Positions 45,658 to 54,198 of a DNA stretch of 64,000 nucleotides are shown here, piece after piece (position 1 is the stretch's first letter; every line of letters starts with the position of its first letter). The DNA comes from an uncultured Clostridia bacterium (lineage in GTDB: Bacteria; Bacillota; Clostridia; Christensenellales; CAG-138). The stretch is taken from assembly GCA_937900325.1 (NCBI GenBank), contig CALCEX010000216.1, positions 1,920 to 65,919 of the forward strand, given 5' to 3'. Position numbers and translations under genes: made by a program. The notes beneath the pieces are model-generated. The model was not told the origin of the DNA. It worked only from the letters and a program-made list of their open reading frames with translations, and did not search any database.

Positions 45658-46833
45658 ATGGATTACGCAAAAGAATCTCTCAGACTTCATCGGGAATGGA
45701 AGGGCAAAATAAGAGTAGATTCTGCCGTGACGCTTAAGACCATGCAGGACCTTTCCCTCGCCTATACTCCCGGCGTGGCTCAGCCCTGCCTTGAAATACA
45801 GAAGGACTTGAGCAAAAGCTACGAATTGACCCGCAGATGGAACATTTGCGCCGTAATAACCGACGGCAGCGCGGTGCTGGGCCTCGGCGATATAGGCCCG
45901 GAAGCCGGTATGCCCGTGATGGAAGGAAAATGTGCGCTGTTCAAGGAATTCGGCGGCGTGGACGCATTCCCCATATGCGTAAAAACAAAGGACGTTGATG
46001 AATTTGTAAATACGGTAGCCCTGATATCCGGCTCCTTCGGCGGCATCAACCTTGAGGATATAGCGGCTCCGCGGTGCTTTGAGATAGAACGCAGGCTGAA
46101 GGAAAAATGCGATATCCCCGTATTTCATGACGATCAGCACGGCACGGCCGTGATAACCCTTGCCGGCCTTACCAACGCCCTTAAGCTGGTAAAGAAGAAA
46201 AAGAAAGACGTAACCGTGGCGATCAACGGCGCGGGCGCCGCTTCGGTTGCAATAACCAGGCTGCTGCTTTCCGCGGGCTTCAGGAATATAATCATGTGCG
46301 ACCGCGCGGGCATTATATTCGCCGGAAGGGAAAACGACATGAATCCTGTTAAAGAAGAAATGGCGCAGATCACCAACCCCGGCGGCAGAAGGGGCAGCCT
46401 TGCCGACGCCCTCATAGGCGCGGACGTATTTATCGGCGTTTCCGCACCAAACACGGTTACGGGAGAAATGGTAAGCCGCATGGCCAAAGACGCGATAGTG
46501 TTCGCCTGCGCAAACCCCACCCCCGAAATATTCCCTGAGGAAGCAAAGGCGGCGGGCGCAAGGGTGATCGCCACCGGGCGCAGCGACTATCCCAATCAGG
46601 TAAACAACGTACTGGCCTTTCCGGGCATATTCAGAGGAGCCTTCGACGTGCGCGCATCCGACATAAACGAAGAAATGAAAATGGCCGCCGCCCACGCTAT
46701 CGCCTCCCTTGTAAGCGACGAGGAGCTTAGCGAGGACTACATACTGCCCAGGGCCCTTGACGATAGGGTAAGGGAAGCCGTGTCCTCCGCGGTCGCAAAG
46801 GCGGCGAGGGAAAGCGGAGCGGCCCGCATATAG
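45658..46833 (+). CDS. NAD(P)-dependent malic enzyme (short form)
   Basis: SAVLGLGDIGPEAGMPVMEGK, FHDDQHGTAV, INGAGAA. Confidence 0.9.
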   Translation: MDYAKESLRLHREWKGKIRVDSAVTLKTMQDLSLAYTPGVAQPCLEIQKDLSKSYELTRRWNICAVITDGSAVLGLGDIGPEAGMPVMEGKCALFKEFGGVDAFPICVKTKDVDEFVNTVALISGSFGGINLEDIAAPRCFEIERRLKEKCDIPVFHDDQHGTAVITLAGLTNALKLVKKKKKDVTVAINGAGAASVAITRLLLSAGFRNIIMCDRAGIIFAGRENDMNPVKEEMAQITNPGGRRGSLADALIGADVFIGVSAPNTVTGEMVSRMAKDAIVFACANPTPEIFPEEAKAAGARVIATGRSDYPNQVNNVLAFPGIFRGAFDVRASDINEEMKMAAAHAIASLVSDEELSEDYILPRALDDRVREAVSSAVAKAARESGAARI

Positions 46834-47073
46834 CCTCCTTATATTTTCTCGCTAAGCAATACAACGGAACCGAAGCTTCGTCAAAATAAAAAACGAGGCG
46901 AGACTATGAACAAGTACGAAGTCCACGGAAAGCAGCCGCCTTGTAATTGCCACGGAGGAGGGCCGCGAGCTGCTCAACCATGTGGACAAGCACTATAAGA
47001 TACCCGGCGTTTAATAAGCCGGCGCCGTGCAACAAACGAAAGGAGCGGCGGGCTTTACAGCCCGGCGGCAACT

Positions 47074-47376
47074 ATGGCACAAATATTTGAAACCGCAATG
47101 CTGGTGCTGTTCGGAATATCATGGCCCATCAACATAGCGAAATCCATAAAATCCAGAACAGCGAAAGGAAAAAGCATGCTTTTTGAGCTTTGTATTTTCT
47201 CGGGCTATGTCGTTGGCCTCGTCGGCAAGCTTGTCAACGGCAGCATAACCTATGTTGTAGCGGTCTACGTATTGGATGTCATAATGGTAACCGCAGACCT
47301 TATACTTACCCTGAGAAACCTCAAGCTGGACAAGCTCCGCAGCAGCGCCGCAAAACAGCAGGCAAAAAGCATATAG
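47074..47376 (+). CDS. small 3-TM membrane protein (PQ-loop/SemiSWEET- or LAB_N-like)
   Basis: 100 aa, ISWPINIAKSIKSRTAKGKS loop between TM1 and TM2; followed by a strong terminator. Confidence 0.45.
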   Translation: MAQIFETAMLVLFGISWPINIAKSIKSRTAKGKSMLFELCIFSGYVVGLVGKLVNGSITYVVAVYVLDVIMVTADLILTLRNLKLDKLRSSAAKQQAKSI

Positions 47377-47385
47377 CAACGAAAA

Positions 47386-47414
47386 CCGTCCGGCAAAGGC
47401 CGGACGGTTTTTTT
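47386..47414 (+). terminator. intrinsic terminator
   Basis: CCGTCCGGC-aaag-GCCGGACGG followed by T7. Confidence 0.7.
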
Positions 47415-47486
47415 GTTATGCAATCTCAGATATCGAGGATTTCCCGCCTCCGCGCCTGCGTTTTTTCATGACAAATGCAAAGGCCT

Positions 47487-48482
47487 TTATATATCCGCTT
47501 CCAGCCCTATGCCCATCTCCTTCGCCCTGGCGTATATGCGCCGGGCGGCGACGATATCCAGCACCGCGGAGCCTACGGACTTGAAGAAGGTTATCTCCGT
47601 GTCGCTTTCGCGGCCGGGGGTTACGCCGTTTATAAGCTGGCCCAGCTCGCCCGTGATGCGGTCCTTGCTGTACTCGCCCCTGTCGATGGGCTGAAGTATG
47701 TCCCCCGCCTCCCCGAGCACGCCCTCAAGGGTGTCCGCGTAGACCTTGCCGGCGTGGGTAAGGGTGTAGGAGTCTATCTCTACCATGTCGTAGGTAAAGG
47801 AGCCTATGCCGTTTACGTGGGCGCCGGGCTTTAGCAGCCTGCCGTCAAACACGGGAGAGGTGGCCGTGGTGGCGGCGGTGACGATATCCGCATCGGCTAC
47901 CGCCTCCTGAGGGGAATGCACGGCGGTTATCCTCGTATTGAACCTGCCGACGAACTTTTCGCTCATGGAGCGGGCAAAGGCCTCCGCCCTTTCAAAGCTG
48001 CGGCAGTAGACCTTTGCAAGCTCTATATCCCGAACGGTGAGGACCGCCTCGAGCTGGCCCTCCGCCTGCCCGCCCGCGCCGAAGAGGGCGAAAACGCGGC
48101 TGTCCTTTCGGGCGAGAAGGTCTGTGGCCGCACCCGCGACCGCGCCTGTGCGCACCCGCGTCAGGTATGTTCCGTCCATGAGGGCGGAGACCGCGCCGGT
48201 GGAGTCGTCCATCAGCACCATTGTGGCGGGGACGCTGGGAAGGCCCCGCTTCGGGTTGTCCGGGTATACGGATACTATCTTTACGCCCAATGCGGAAGCG
48301 CCGGGGGCGTAGCCGTACATAAACAGCGCCGAGCCGTTATATGCCGGCACAGGGAGGTTTGCGCGGAGGGGTATGTCGGTATCGCCCGCGGAATAGAGCG
48401 CAAGGGCGTCCTTATCCGCCTGTATGGCCTCCGCCATGGTGAACACCTTGGCCATATCCTCTCTTGTGAGCAGGGTTATCAT
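47487..48482 (-). CDS. ornithine cyclodeaminase/mu-crystallin family protein
   Basis: TYLTRVRTGAVAGAATDLLA, FGAGGQAEGQ Rossmann motif. Start at MITLL (48482). Confidence 0.8.
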   Translation of the reverse strand: MITLLTREDMAKVFTMAEAIQADKDALALYSAGDTDIPLRANLPVPAYNGSALFMYGYAPGASALGVKIVSVYPDNPKRGLPSVPATMVLMDDSTGAVSALMDGTYLTRVRTGAVAGAATDLLARKDSRVFALFGAGGQAEGQLEAVLTVRDIELAKVYCRSFERAEAFARSMSEKFVGRFNTRITAVHSPQEAVADADIVTAATTATSPVFDGRLLKPGAHVNGIGSFTYDMVEIDSYTLTHAGKVYADTLEGVLGEAGDILQPIDRGEYSKDRITGELGQLINGVTPGRESDTEITFFKSVGSAVLDIVAARRIYARAKEMGIGLEADI

Positions 48483-48599
48483 GATATATATGCGTCCTTT
48501 CAAAATAAATTTTTCGATATGGATGTCCCTTTTCTGATTTTACGGCAGCGCGGTGCGCAAAGTCAATATGACGAAAAAAGAGGGCTTGCGCCCTCTTTT

Positions 48600-49364
48600 T
48601 TATTGCCGCCCTTTCTTCCTGCCCTTTATAAGCCCCGCCGCCATAAGCGCGGCCAGCGCCGCCAGGCCGCCGCCGATCACCGTGGGCGCGCTGCCGCCCC
48701 TGGGCGGTTGGTATTCCGGCGCGCCGGTGCTTACCGGGGCGGGCTGCTCCGCCGCGGGCGGCACCTCCACAGTCGGGTCGTCCAGGCTTATCCAGAGGTT
48801 CCGGTAGCCGTACCAGTAACCGACGAAGCCCCATTTTCGGCCTTCGCCGTCGGTATATGTCTTGCTTACGGATATTTTGCCGCCCAAAGCGCTCAGGCTT
48901 TCGTCATAGTCCTCCCTCTCGGAACCGGGATAATCGTAGAATATTATGGAGTCCCCCTCCATGCCGTTCGCGTCCAGCTCCACCGTCTCGTCCTTTATTT
49001 CGTCCTTATGATCCTTCTCAAACTCCACCCAGTCGTATTTTACCTTGAAGTCATAGAGGTTTATCCAGCCCTCGCCGCTGTTTGTGAGCGCCCACTGCGC
49101 GCCGTTTTTATCGGTATAGAGCCACTGGCAGAATTCCTCGCTTCCGTTGTCGATGCGCCTTATCTCCCCCTTGTCCGGCGCCTTGTATACCGGGGCGGAG
49201 CCGTTCTCGCCGGAGGCTATATACGTTCTGCCGTCCTGATAGACGCAATCCTCTCTGTGCCTTTCGTAAAAGCTGTCCTCCGGCTCCCATATCACGTCCG
49301 CAAGAGCCGCGCAGGGCAGAAGCAGCATCGCCGCCGTCAGCAGCATACAGAGCATTTTCTTCAT
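48600..49364 (-). CDS. secreted protein with C-terminal TM anchor, function unknown
   Basis: Signal peptide MKKMLCMLLTAAMLLLPCAALA, Pro-rich linker, C-terminal GGGLAALAALMAAGLIKGRKKGRQ. Confidence 0.55.
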   Translation of the reverse strand: MKKMLCMLLTAAMLLLPCAALADVIWEPEDSFYERHREDCVYQDGRTYIASGENGSAPVYKAPDKGEIRRIDNGSEEFCQWLYTDKNGAQWALTNSGEGWINLYDFKVKYDWVEFEKDHKDEIKDETVELDANGMEGDSIIFYDYPGSEREDYDESLSALGGKISVSKTYTDGEGRKWGFVGYWYGYRNLWISLDDPTVEVPPAAEQPAPVSTGAPEYQPPRGGSAPTVIGGGLAALAALMAAGLIKGRKKGRQ

Positions 49365-49379
49365 ATATCCGTTCCTCCT

Positions 49380-49709
49380 TTAAAATAGCAGCTTTATTAT
49401 AAGCCCGCTCCCGAAGGACAGGGCGTTGAGGCAGAATGAAAAAGTCATGGGCCGGGAAATGCCGGCGGCCCGCCTTTTATAGGCGTACCCTTCGGCAAGC
49501 GCCGCAAGCAGCTCCATAGCCGCGACAGCCGGGGCGTACAGCCCGGGCCTGAGGCTTTTTACCAGCAGCGATACGTATACCGCCGGCGGGTTGGTCATGA
49601 GGTTCGCGAGGGCGATTAGCCGCAGGTCGTCCTTCTTTTTCAGCAGCAGCCCTGCGGAAAGCTCTATTGTCTCCGTAAGCAGCAGCGAGACCGCCATAGC
49701 GTAAAGCAT
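49380..49709 (-). CDS. small 3-4 TM membrane protein, function unknown
   Basis: Start MLYAM overlaps the upstream MFS stop by 1 nt (TGATG), suggesting translational coupling. Confidence 0.4.
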   Translation of the reverse strand: MLYAMAVSLLLTETIELSAGLLLKKKDDLRLIALANLMTNPPAVYVSLLVKSLRPGLYAPAVAAMELLAALAEGYAYKRRAAGISRPMTFSFCLNALSFGSGLIIKLLF

Positions 49710-50698
49710 CAGTTTTTCCCCACCCCTATGCGTATCAGCATGATCGAGATAAGGCATATTATGGCGTAATCCTGCCCGCTGCCCGTCGCCCCGATAAAGG
49801 CGGGCAGCATGCCCACGAACAGCCCGAGGGTCAGCAGGCCGAAGGCGGTAGCCCTTCCCTCAGGCAGCAGATCTCCCGCGGCGTAAAGCGTGACCGGCAT
49901 GGACATATTAAAAAGCAGCAGCCCCAGCGCGCCCGGCAGCGGGAAGGCGGAGAAAATCAGCGCGATGGCGGCGGCGCTGAGGGTAAAGGTGGTGGAGCGC
50001 ACCTCGCCGAATCTGTCCGAGGTGAAGCCGCCTATGCACTTGCCGCCCGCCACGCACAGGGCGGCTATCCACGCCCACGCCCCGGCCTTCCAGGGGAAGG
50101 ACATTATCACCCCGCCGTAGCTTCTCAGCGCCACCACCGCAAACAGGCTGACAAGGCGAAGCCACTGCGCCCTGCCCTGCGGCAGCTCAGGGCTGCCCGG
50201 CCTTGCCCCGTCCTTGCAGCATAGCATGACCGCCGCAGCGCAAACGAGCATGAGGCAGAGGGCGAAGGCGGCAAAGCTCCGCCCCGTCCCCGCCGCCATC
50301 GCCCCAAGGAATATGCCCATGGCGCCGGGCGAAACGTATATTCCAAGGTATTTTGCCCCCGGCGTAGCGGCCATTACGTCCGCGCCGCCGCCTATATGGA
50401 AGGCCGCGTTGCCCAGCCCGCATACGATGGCGGTAAGCATGGGCGAAGGGAGCAGCCCGCCCAGCGCCACCAGAAGGCAGCCTATGGCGGAAAAATACCT
50501 GCCGCCGCCATATCTGTCCGCCAGCACGCCTGCGGGCAGCTGCATGGCGAAGGCGCAGAAGTTATATATGAGCAGCGCCATGGCCTTATCCGAGGCCGCC
50601 CTGGCCGCCGGCAGCACCAGCATTATGCAGCACAGATCCACGGCGAAATGCGCCGCCGAATACACCGCTACAAGTCTTTTTACAGTTTTGCTCAGCAT
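49709..50698 (-). CDS. MFS-like transporter (short, about 10 TM)
   Basis: Hydrophobic throughout; LPAGVLADRYGGGR loop resembles the MFS motif A. Confidence 0.6.
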   Translation of the reverse strand: MLSKTVKRLVAVYSAAHFAVDLCCIMLVLPAARAASDKAMALLIYNFCAFAMQLPAGVLADRYGGGRYFSAIGCLLVALGGLLPSPMLTAIVCGLGNAAFHIGGGADVMAATPGAKYLGIYVSPGAMGIFLGAMAAGTGRSFAAFALCLMLVCAAAVMLCCKDGARPGSPELPQGRAQWLRLVSLFAVVALRSYGGVIMSFPWKAGAWAWIAALCVAGGKCIGGFTSDRFGEVRSTTFTLSAAAIALIFSAFPLPGALGLLLFNMSMPVTLYAAGDLLPEGRATAFGLLTLGLFVGMLPAFIGATGSGQDYAIICLISIMLIRIGVGKN

Positions 50699-50828
50699 AG
50701 CCGCCCCTCCATACGGGACAATACCCGCGATTATTCAATATACATATATAACTATACCATCGTCCGGCAGGGGCGCGCAAGGCCATACCGGGCGCGATAC
50801 CGCAAGCTGCGTTTTCGCGGATGAGCCG

Positions 50829-50866
50829 CCAAAAGAAGAGCAGGCATGACCGGGATCACGCCTGCT
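50829..50866 (-). terminator. intrinsic terminator after the acyl-CoA ligase gene
   Basis: The minus strand reads AGCAGGC-N14-GCCTGCT followed by CTTCTTTT. Confidence 0.45.
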
Positions 50867-50898
50867 GCGGGAAATTTGAGTTTTGTTTATTATGATTT

Positions 50899-52674
50899 TT
50901 ACTGGGCGCTTTCCCCCTGCCGCTCCTTCGCCGCTTCCTCCTCCTCGAGCACACGGTAGGCGACCTTGCCGACCAGCGTCTTGGGAAGCTCGGGGCGGAA
51001 CTCCAGCTCCCGGGGCATGGCGTACTTTGCAACGTACTTTGAGCAGTGCTCCAGTATGTCCTTTTTCAGCTCCTCGCTGCCCTCATAGCCGGGCTTGAGC
51101 ATTACGAAGGCCTTTACCCGCTGTACCCTTATGGGATCCTTTACGCCTATGACGCAGGCAAGGTGTACCGCTTCGTGCGCTTCCAGCACATTCTCTATCT
51201 GGGAGGGGTATACGTTGTAGCCGTTGGTGATTATCATGCGCTTTATGCGCTGGCGGAAGTATACGAAGCCCTCCTCGTCCATTTTGCCCAGGTCGCCGGT
51301 ATGCACCCATATGAGGCCGTCGCCGTGATCCTTCATGGTATCCGCCGTCTCCTTGGGGTGGTTCACATAGCCGAGCATTACCGTGGGGCCGGCAAGGCAT
51401 ATCTCGCCCTCCTCGCCGTATGGGACCTCGTCTGTGGTGCCGGGCTTTACTATTTTATAGTAGGTATCCGGGAAGGGCAGGCCGATGCTGCCCTCCTTTG
51501 CCCTGTGTATGGGGGTAAGGCAGCTTGCGGTAACGCATTCGGTGGTACCGTAGCCCTCGCGGACCCTGATGGTAGCGCCGTGGGCTTCAAGGAAGGCGTC
51601 AAAGCGCTTCTTCAGCTCCACAGAGAGGGAATCCCCGCCGGAGAATACGCCCATCAGGCAGGAAAGCTCCAGACCGTCCGCCTCCGGCACCCTGAGCAGC
51701 GCCTCAAACAGCGAGGGCACGCCCGCGATCAGGTTGGGGCGGTGCTTTTTGAGCAGCTGCGCGTAGCTCTTGGGGGTAAAGCGGGGTATAAGTATGCAGT
51801 GGCCGCCGTTGGCCAGCATGGAGTGAATGCTTACGCCAAGGCCGAAGCCGTGGAACATGGGCATTATCGCGAGCATCTTGTCGCCGGGGCGGAAGAAGCT
51901 GTTGGTGGCTATTATCTGGGCCGCCAGGGCGTTGAAGTTAAGGTTGGAAAGGCTTATGCCCTTCATGGTGCCGGTGGTGCCGCCGCTGTAAAGTATGGCG
52001 GCGGGAGCGTTGGCGTCCCTGTGGCAGCGGTAATCGGCCGCGCCCTCGCCCTTCCTGAGGAAGTCCTTCCACCAGATGAAATCATTTCCCTCGGGCTTTT
52101 TTATCTTGCGGCCCTCCGTGAGCTTATAGCCCAGCCTCATTATCGGTGAGAGGGCGTCCGCCACGGAGGTTATGATAAGATGGGGCAGCTCGACCTCGCG
52201 GCGCACCTCGGCGAACTTATCATAGAACTGATCCAGGGTCAGGGCCGCTACGCTTTCGGAGTCCCGCAGGCAGAAGGCTATCTCCTTTACGGCGGAAAGG
52301 GGGTGTACCATATTGGCTATCGCGCCCACCATGTTTACGGCGTAGAACATGGTGACGGTCTGGGGGGCGTTGGGCATACAGATGGTCACCTTGTCCCCTT
52401 CCTTTATCCCCATTGCCCTCAGGGCCCTTGCGCAGGCGTGTATGTCCTCTATCGCCTTTTTATAGGTCGTGGCTTTGCCCATGAAGTCATAGGCCGTATA
52501 GTCCGGGTACTTTTCCGCCATATGCTCGAAGGCTTCCTCCAGCGTACCCATGAAGTAATCCAGATGCGCGGGGCATTCGGGATCGTAGCTTTTGAGCCAG
52601 GGGGCCTTCGCGGTGACGCGGCTTTCGTCTATGGGTCTGTATACGTATGCTGTATCGTTCATATCAAAAATCAA
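50899..52674 (-). CDS. AMP-dependent synthetase/ligase (acyl-CoA ligase family)
   Basis: ILYSGGTTGTMKG, GYGTTE, TGDLGKMDEEG, KTLVGKV. Confidence 0.85.
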   Translation of the reverse strand: MIFDMNDTAYVYRPIDESRVTAKAPWLKSYDPECPAHLDYFMGTLEEAFEHMAEKYPDYTAYDFMGKATTYKKAIEDIHACARALRAMGIKEGDKVTICMPNAPQTVTMFYAVNMVGAIANMVHPLSAVKEIAFCLRDSESVAALTLDQFYDKFAEVRREVELPHLIITSVADALSPIMRLGYKLTEGRKIKKPEGNDFIWWKDFLRKGEGAADYRCHRDANAPAAILYSGGTTGTMKGISLSNLNFNALAAQIIATNSFFRPGDKMLAIMPMFHGFGLGVSIHSMLANGGHCILIPRFTPKSYAQLLKKHRPNLIAGVPSLFEALLRVPEADGLELSCLMGVFSGGDSLSVELKKRFDAFLEAHGATIRVREGYGTTECVTASCLTPIHRAKEGSIGLPFPDTYYKIVKPGTTDEVPYGEEGEICLAGPTVMLGYVNHPKETADTMKDHGDGLIWVHTGDLGKMDEEGFVYFRQRIKRMIITNGYNVYPSQIENVLEAHEAVHLACVIGVKDPIRVQRVKAFVMLKPGYEGSEELKKDILEHCSKYVAKYAMPRELEFRPELPKTLVGKVAYRVLEEEEAAKERQGESAQ

Positions 52675-53536
52675 CTTCCTCGTTAGATTTCTGCTCCAGA
52701 AGCTCCGGGTGGGCGAGCAGGTGCTTCAGGAGCTTTATGGTCTTTGAGTAATAATAACCGTCGGCAATGCGCTCATCCAGCGTAATGCCAAGGTCGATGA
52801 CCTCCCGCATTTGTGCGGAGCCATCCTCCCGGTAGAAGGGGGCCATGTGCTTTTCGCCTATTACCACGAAGATGGAGGTGGTGCCCCAGTTGGACAGATG
52901 ATGATACCCGGCGTGAAGCCCTATGCTGCCAAGGTTGGTTATGAATACCGTAGCCCGGTTCGGATCCTCCTTTATGAGAAAATCAGGCACCTTGCCCCTC
53001 CGGTCGAGGGAAAACAGCAGCTTCATGACCAGGCGCATTATAAAGGGCGGCAGGCGGAGCAGCAGCCCCATTTTGTCGGTTGAGTTATCCTCCGCCGAGC
53101 TTTTGCGGAAGGAGGTCACCCTCGCCTTTATGCTCTGGTGAATGGTGTCGATGTTGTCGTCGTCCCCGAAGGCCTTGTAGAATACGGATTCCGAGGATTC
53201 GTCCGCGAATTTGCGCTTTACCATGAAGGCGGCGGTTATCCATCTGCGCTGGTATATCCTGTTGCCTGAGATGAAGCGGTTCATCTTGGGCCTCAGGGTT
53301 ATGGTGCGTATGAGCGCCGCAACTATGGCGTGGAGGTAGGTATACTTGAAATCCGGGTCGCTCCCGGTCTTTTTTTCGAGGTATTCGTTCAGGGCGGTTA
53401 TGTCTATCTGCTCCTGAATAAACGCCTCGTTGTCAGCCCTGTTCGGGTAAAGGTAGGGCATGAAGCCGTGCAGGGGGTCAAGGTCTTTAAGCCATACGCC
53501 GTCCTTGCGGTCGCCCCTCTTTATCCTTTCAGCCAT
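52664..53536 (-). CDS. 2-oxoacid dehydrogenase acyltransferase catalytic-domain (CAT-fold) protein
   Basis: C-terminal LGITLDERIADGYYY (DHRxxDG-like) and HAGYHHLS. Overlaps the ligase gene by 11 nt. Confidence 0.6.
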   Translation of the reverse strand: MAERIKRGDRKDGVWLKDLDPLHGFMPYLYPNRADNEAFIQEQIDITALNEYLEKKTGSDPDFKYTYLHAIVAALIRTITLRPKMNRFISGNRIYQRRWITAAFMVKRKFADESSESVFYKAFGDDDNIDTIHQSIKARVTSFRKSSAEDNSTDKMGLLLRLPPFIMRLVMKLLFSLDRRGKVPDFLIKEDPNRATVFITNLGSIGLHAGYHHLSNWGTTSIFVVIGEKHMAPFYREDGSAQMREVIDLGITLDERIADGYYYSKTIKLLKHLLAHPELLEQKSNEEVDF

Positions 53537-53843
53537 CTTGATTATTCCTCCCGTAAGGTAGAATCATTATAAGTCCATTTATGGATTATATCATACAAAT
53601 TTGTGGAATAATAGCGGCTGAGGCAGAAAAATTAAAAAATTTTAATGTTTTGCCCCCTCGGGCGTATACGGCTTTTGAACGCTTGAACGTATCCGTATGT
53701 TAGCCACAATAATCGCCCTACAAATTTCCGCAGGGAAAAGAGATTTCATCCCTTTTCCTGCCTTAAAATTATTTTATCAAAATTCGTTATTTGAGGAAAG
53801 CATTTTTATGTAAGAAATAAACGCAAGAACGGTCGCCCTTTTG

Positions 53844-53872
53844 TTGACTGATACGCGAAAATAATGTACAAT
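53844..53872 (+). promoter_or_regulatory. near-consensus sigma-70 promoter pointing toward cas9
   Basis: TTGACT (53844-53849), a 17-nt spacer, then TACAAT (53867-53872). Lies about 330 nt upstream of the cas9 ATG. Confidence 0.5.
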
Positions 53873-54029
53873 ATGTGTAGTATATTTTGAATGATGTCCA
53901 AAAGTAAGAGTTTAAAAGCTATTTCGGAGCGATCCATGTGAAAGATCGCGGAAACCGTATGCGGCAATCCCGTTTATGGGGCTGCGGGCGCCGTATAATT
54001 ATTACGGACAGCGGGACGCCTGAAACAAA

Positions 54030-54143
54030 AACAAAAAACTCTGCTTAGGCAGAGTTTAAGCTCACACACTGTGAATTCGTAGAACGATGATCTCGCTGAA
54101 AGCTTATTTGAACTTGTAGTATAAATTCAGATGGTTTCTGAAT
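54030..54143 (-). ncRNA. tracrRNA: tracrRNA
   Basis: Anti-repeat at 54107-54139: 20 consecutive pairs with repeat nt 10-29 including one G:U, plus a 5-6 bp lower stem and a bulge. This is followed by GUUCAAAUAAGCUUUCAGCG (nexus-like) and the terminator hairpin AACTCTGC-ctaa-GCAGAGTT plus TTTTTTGTTTTT on the minus strand. Confidence 0.78.
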
Positions 54144-54149
54144 ATTTTT

Positions 54150-54178
54150 ATCATATCACCGTATTTAAAAAATGTCAA
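54150..54178 (-). promoter_or_regulatory. tracrRNA promoter
   Basis: The minus strand reads TTGACA (54178-54173), a 17-nt spacer, then TATGAT (54155-54150). The predicted TSS, at about 54143, coincides with the start of the anti-repeat. Confidence 0.6.
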
Positions 54179-54198
54179 TACATTTTCGGAGGAACATT

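Noticed and set aside
46906-47014. A short ORF with a good SD (GAGG-N7-ATG) encoding MNKYEVHGKQPPCNCHGGGPRAAQPCGQAL. A more protein-like alternative frame reads ...LVIATEEGRELLNHVDKHYKIPGV. It may be a frameshifted small gene.
   Set aside because: It is too short and ambiguous to support without homology evidence. Neither frame can be verified by eye.
53918-53931. GTTTAAAAGC resembles the reverse complement of the repeat 3' end (GTTTAAGAACC). I considered it as a second, plus-strand anti-repeat.
   Set aside because: The similarity does not extend beyond about 11 nt, with two mismatches. The minus-strand anti-repeat at 54107-54139 is far better.
54172-54198. The nine-residue N-terminal extension of cas9 (MSIHFRRNI) given by the ORF track.
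   Set aside because: The ATG at 54172 has no SD and lies on the -35 box of the minus-strand tracrRNA promoter. The ATG at 54199 has GGAGG 6 nt upstream and gives a typical Cas9 N-terminus.
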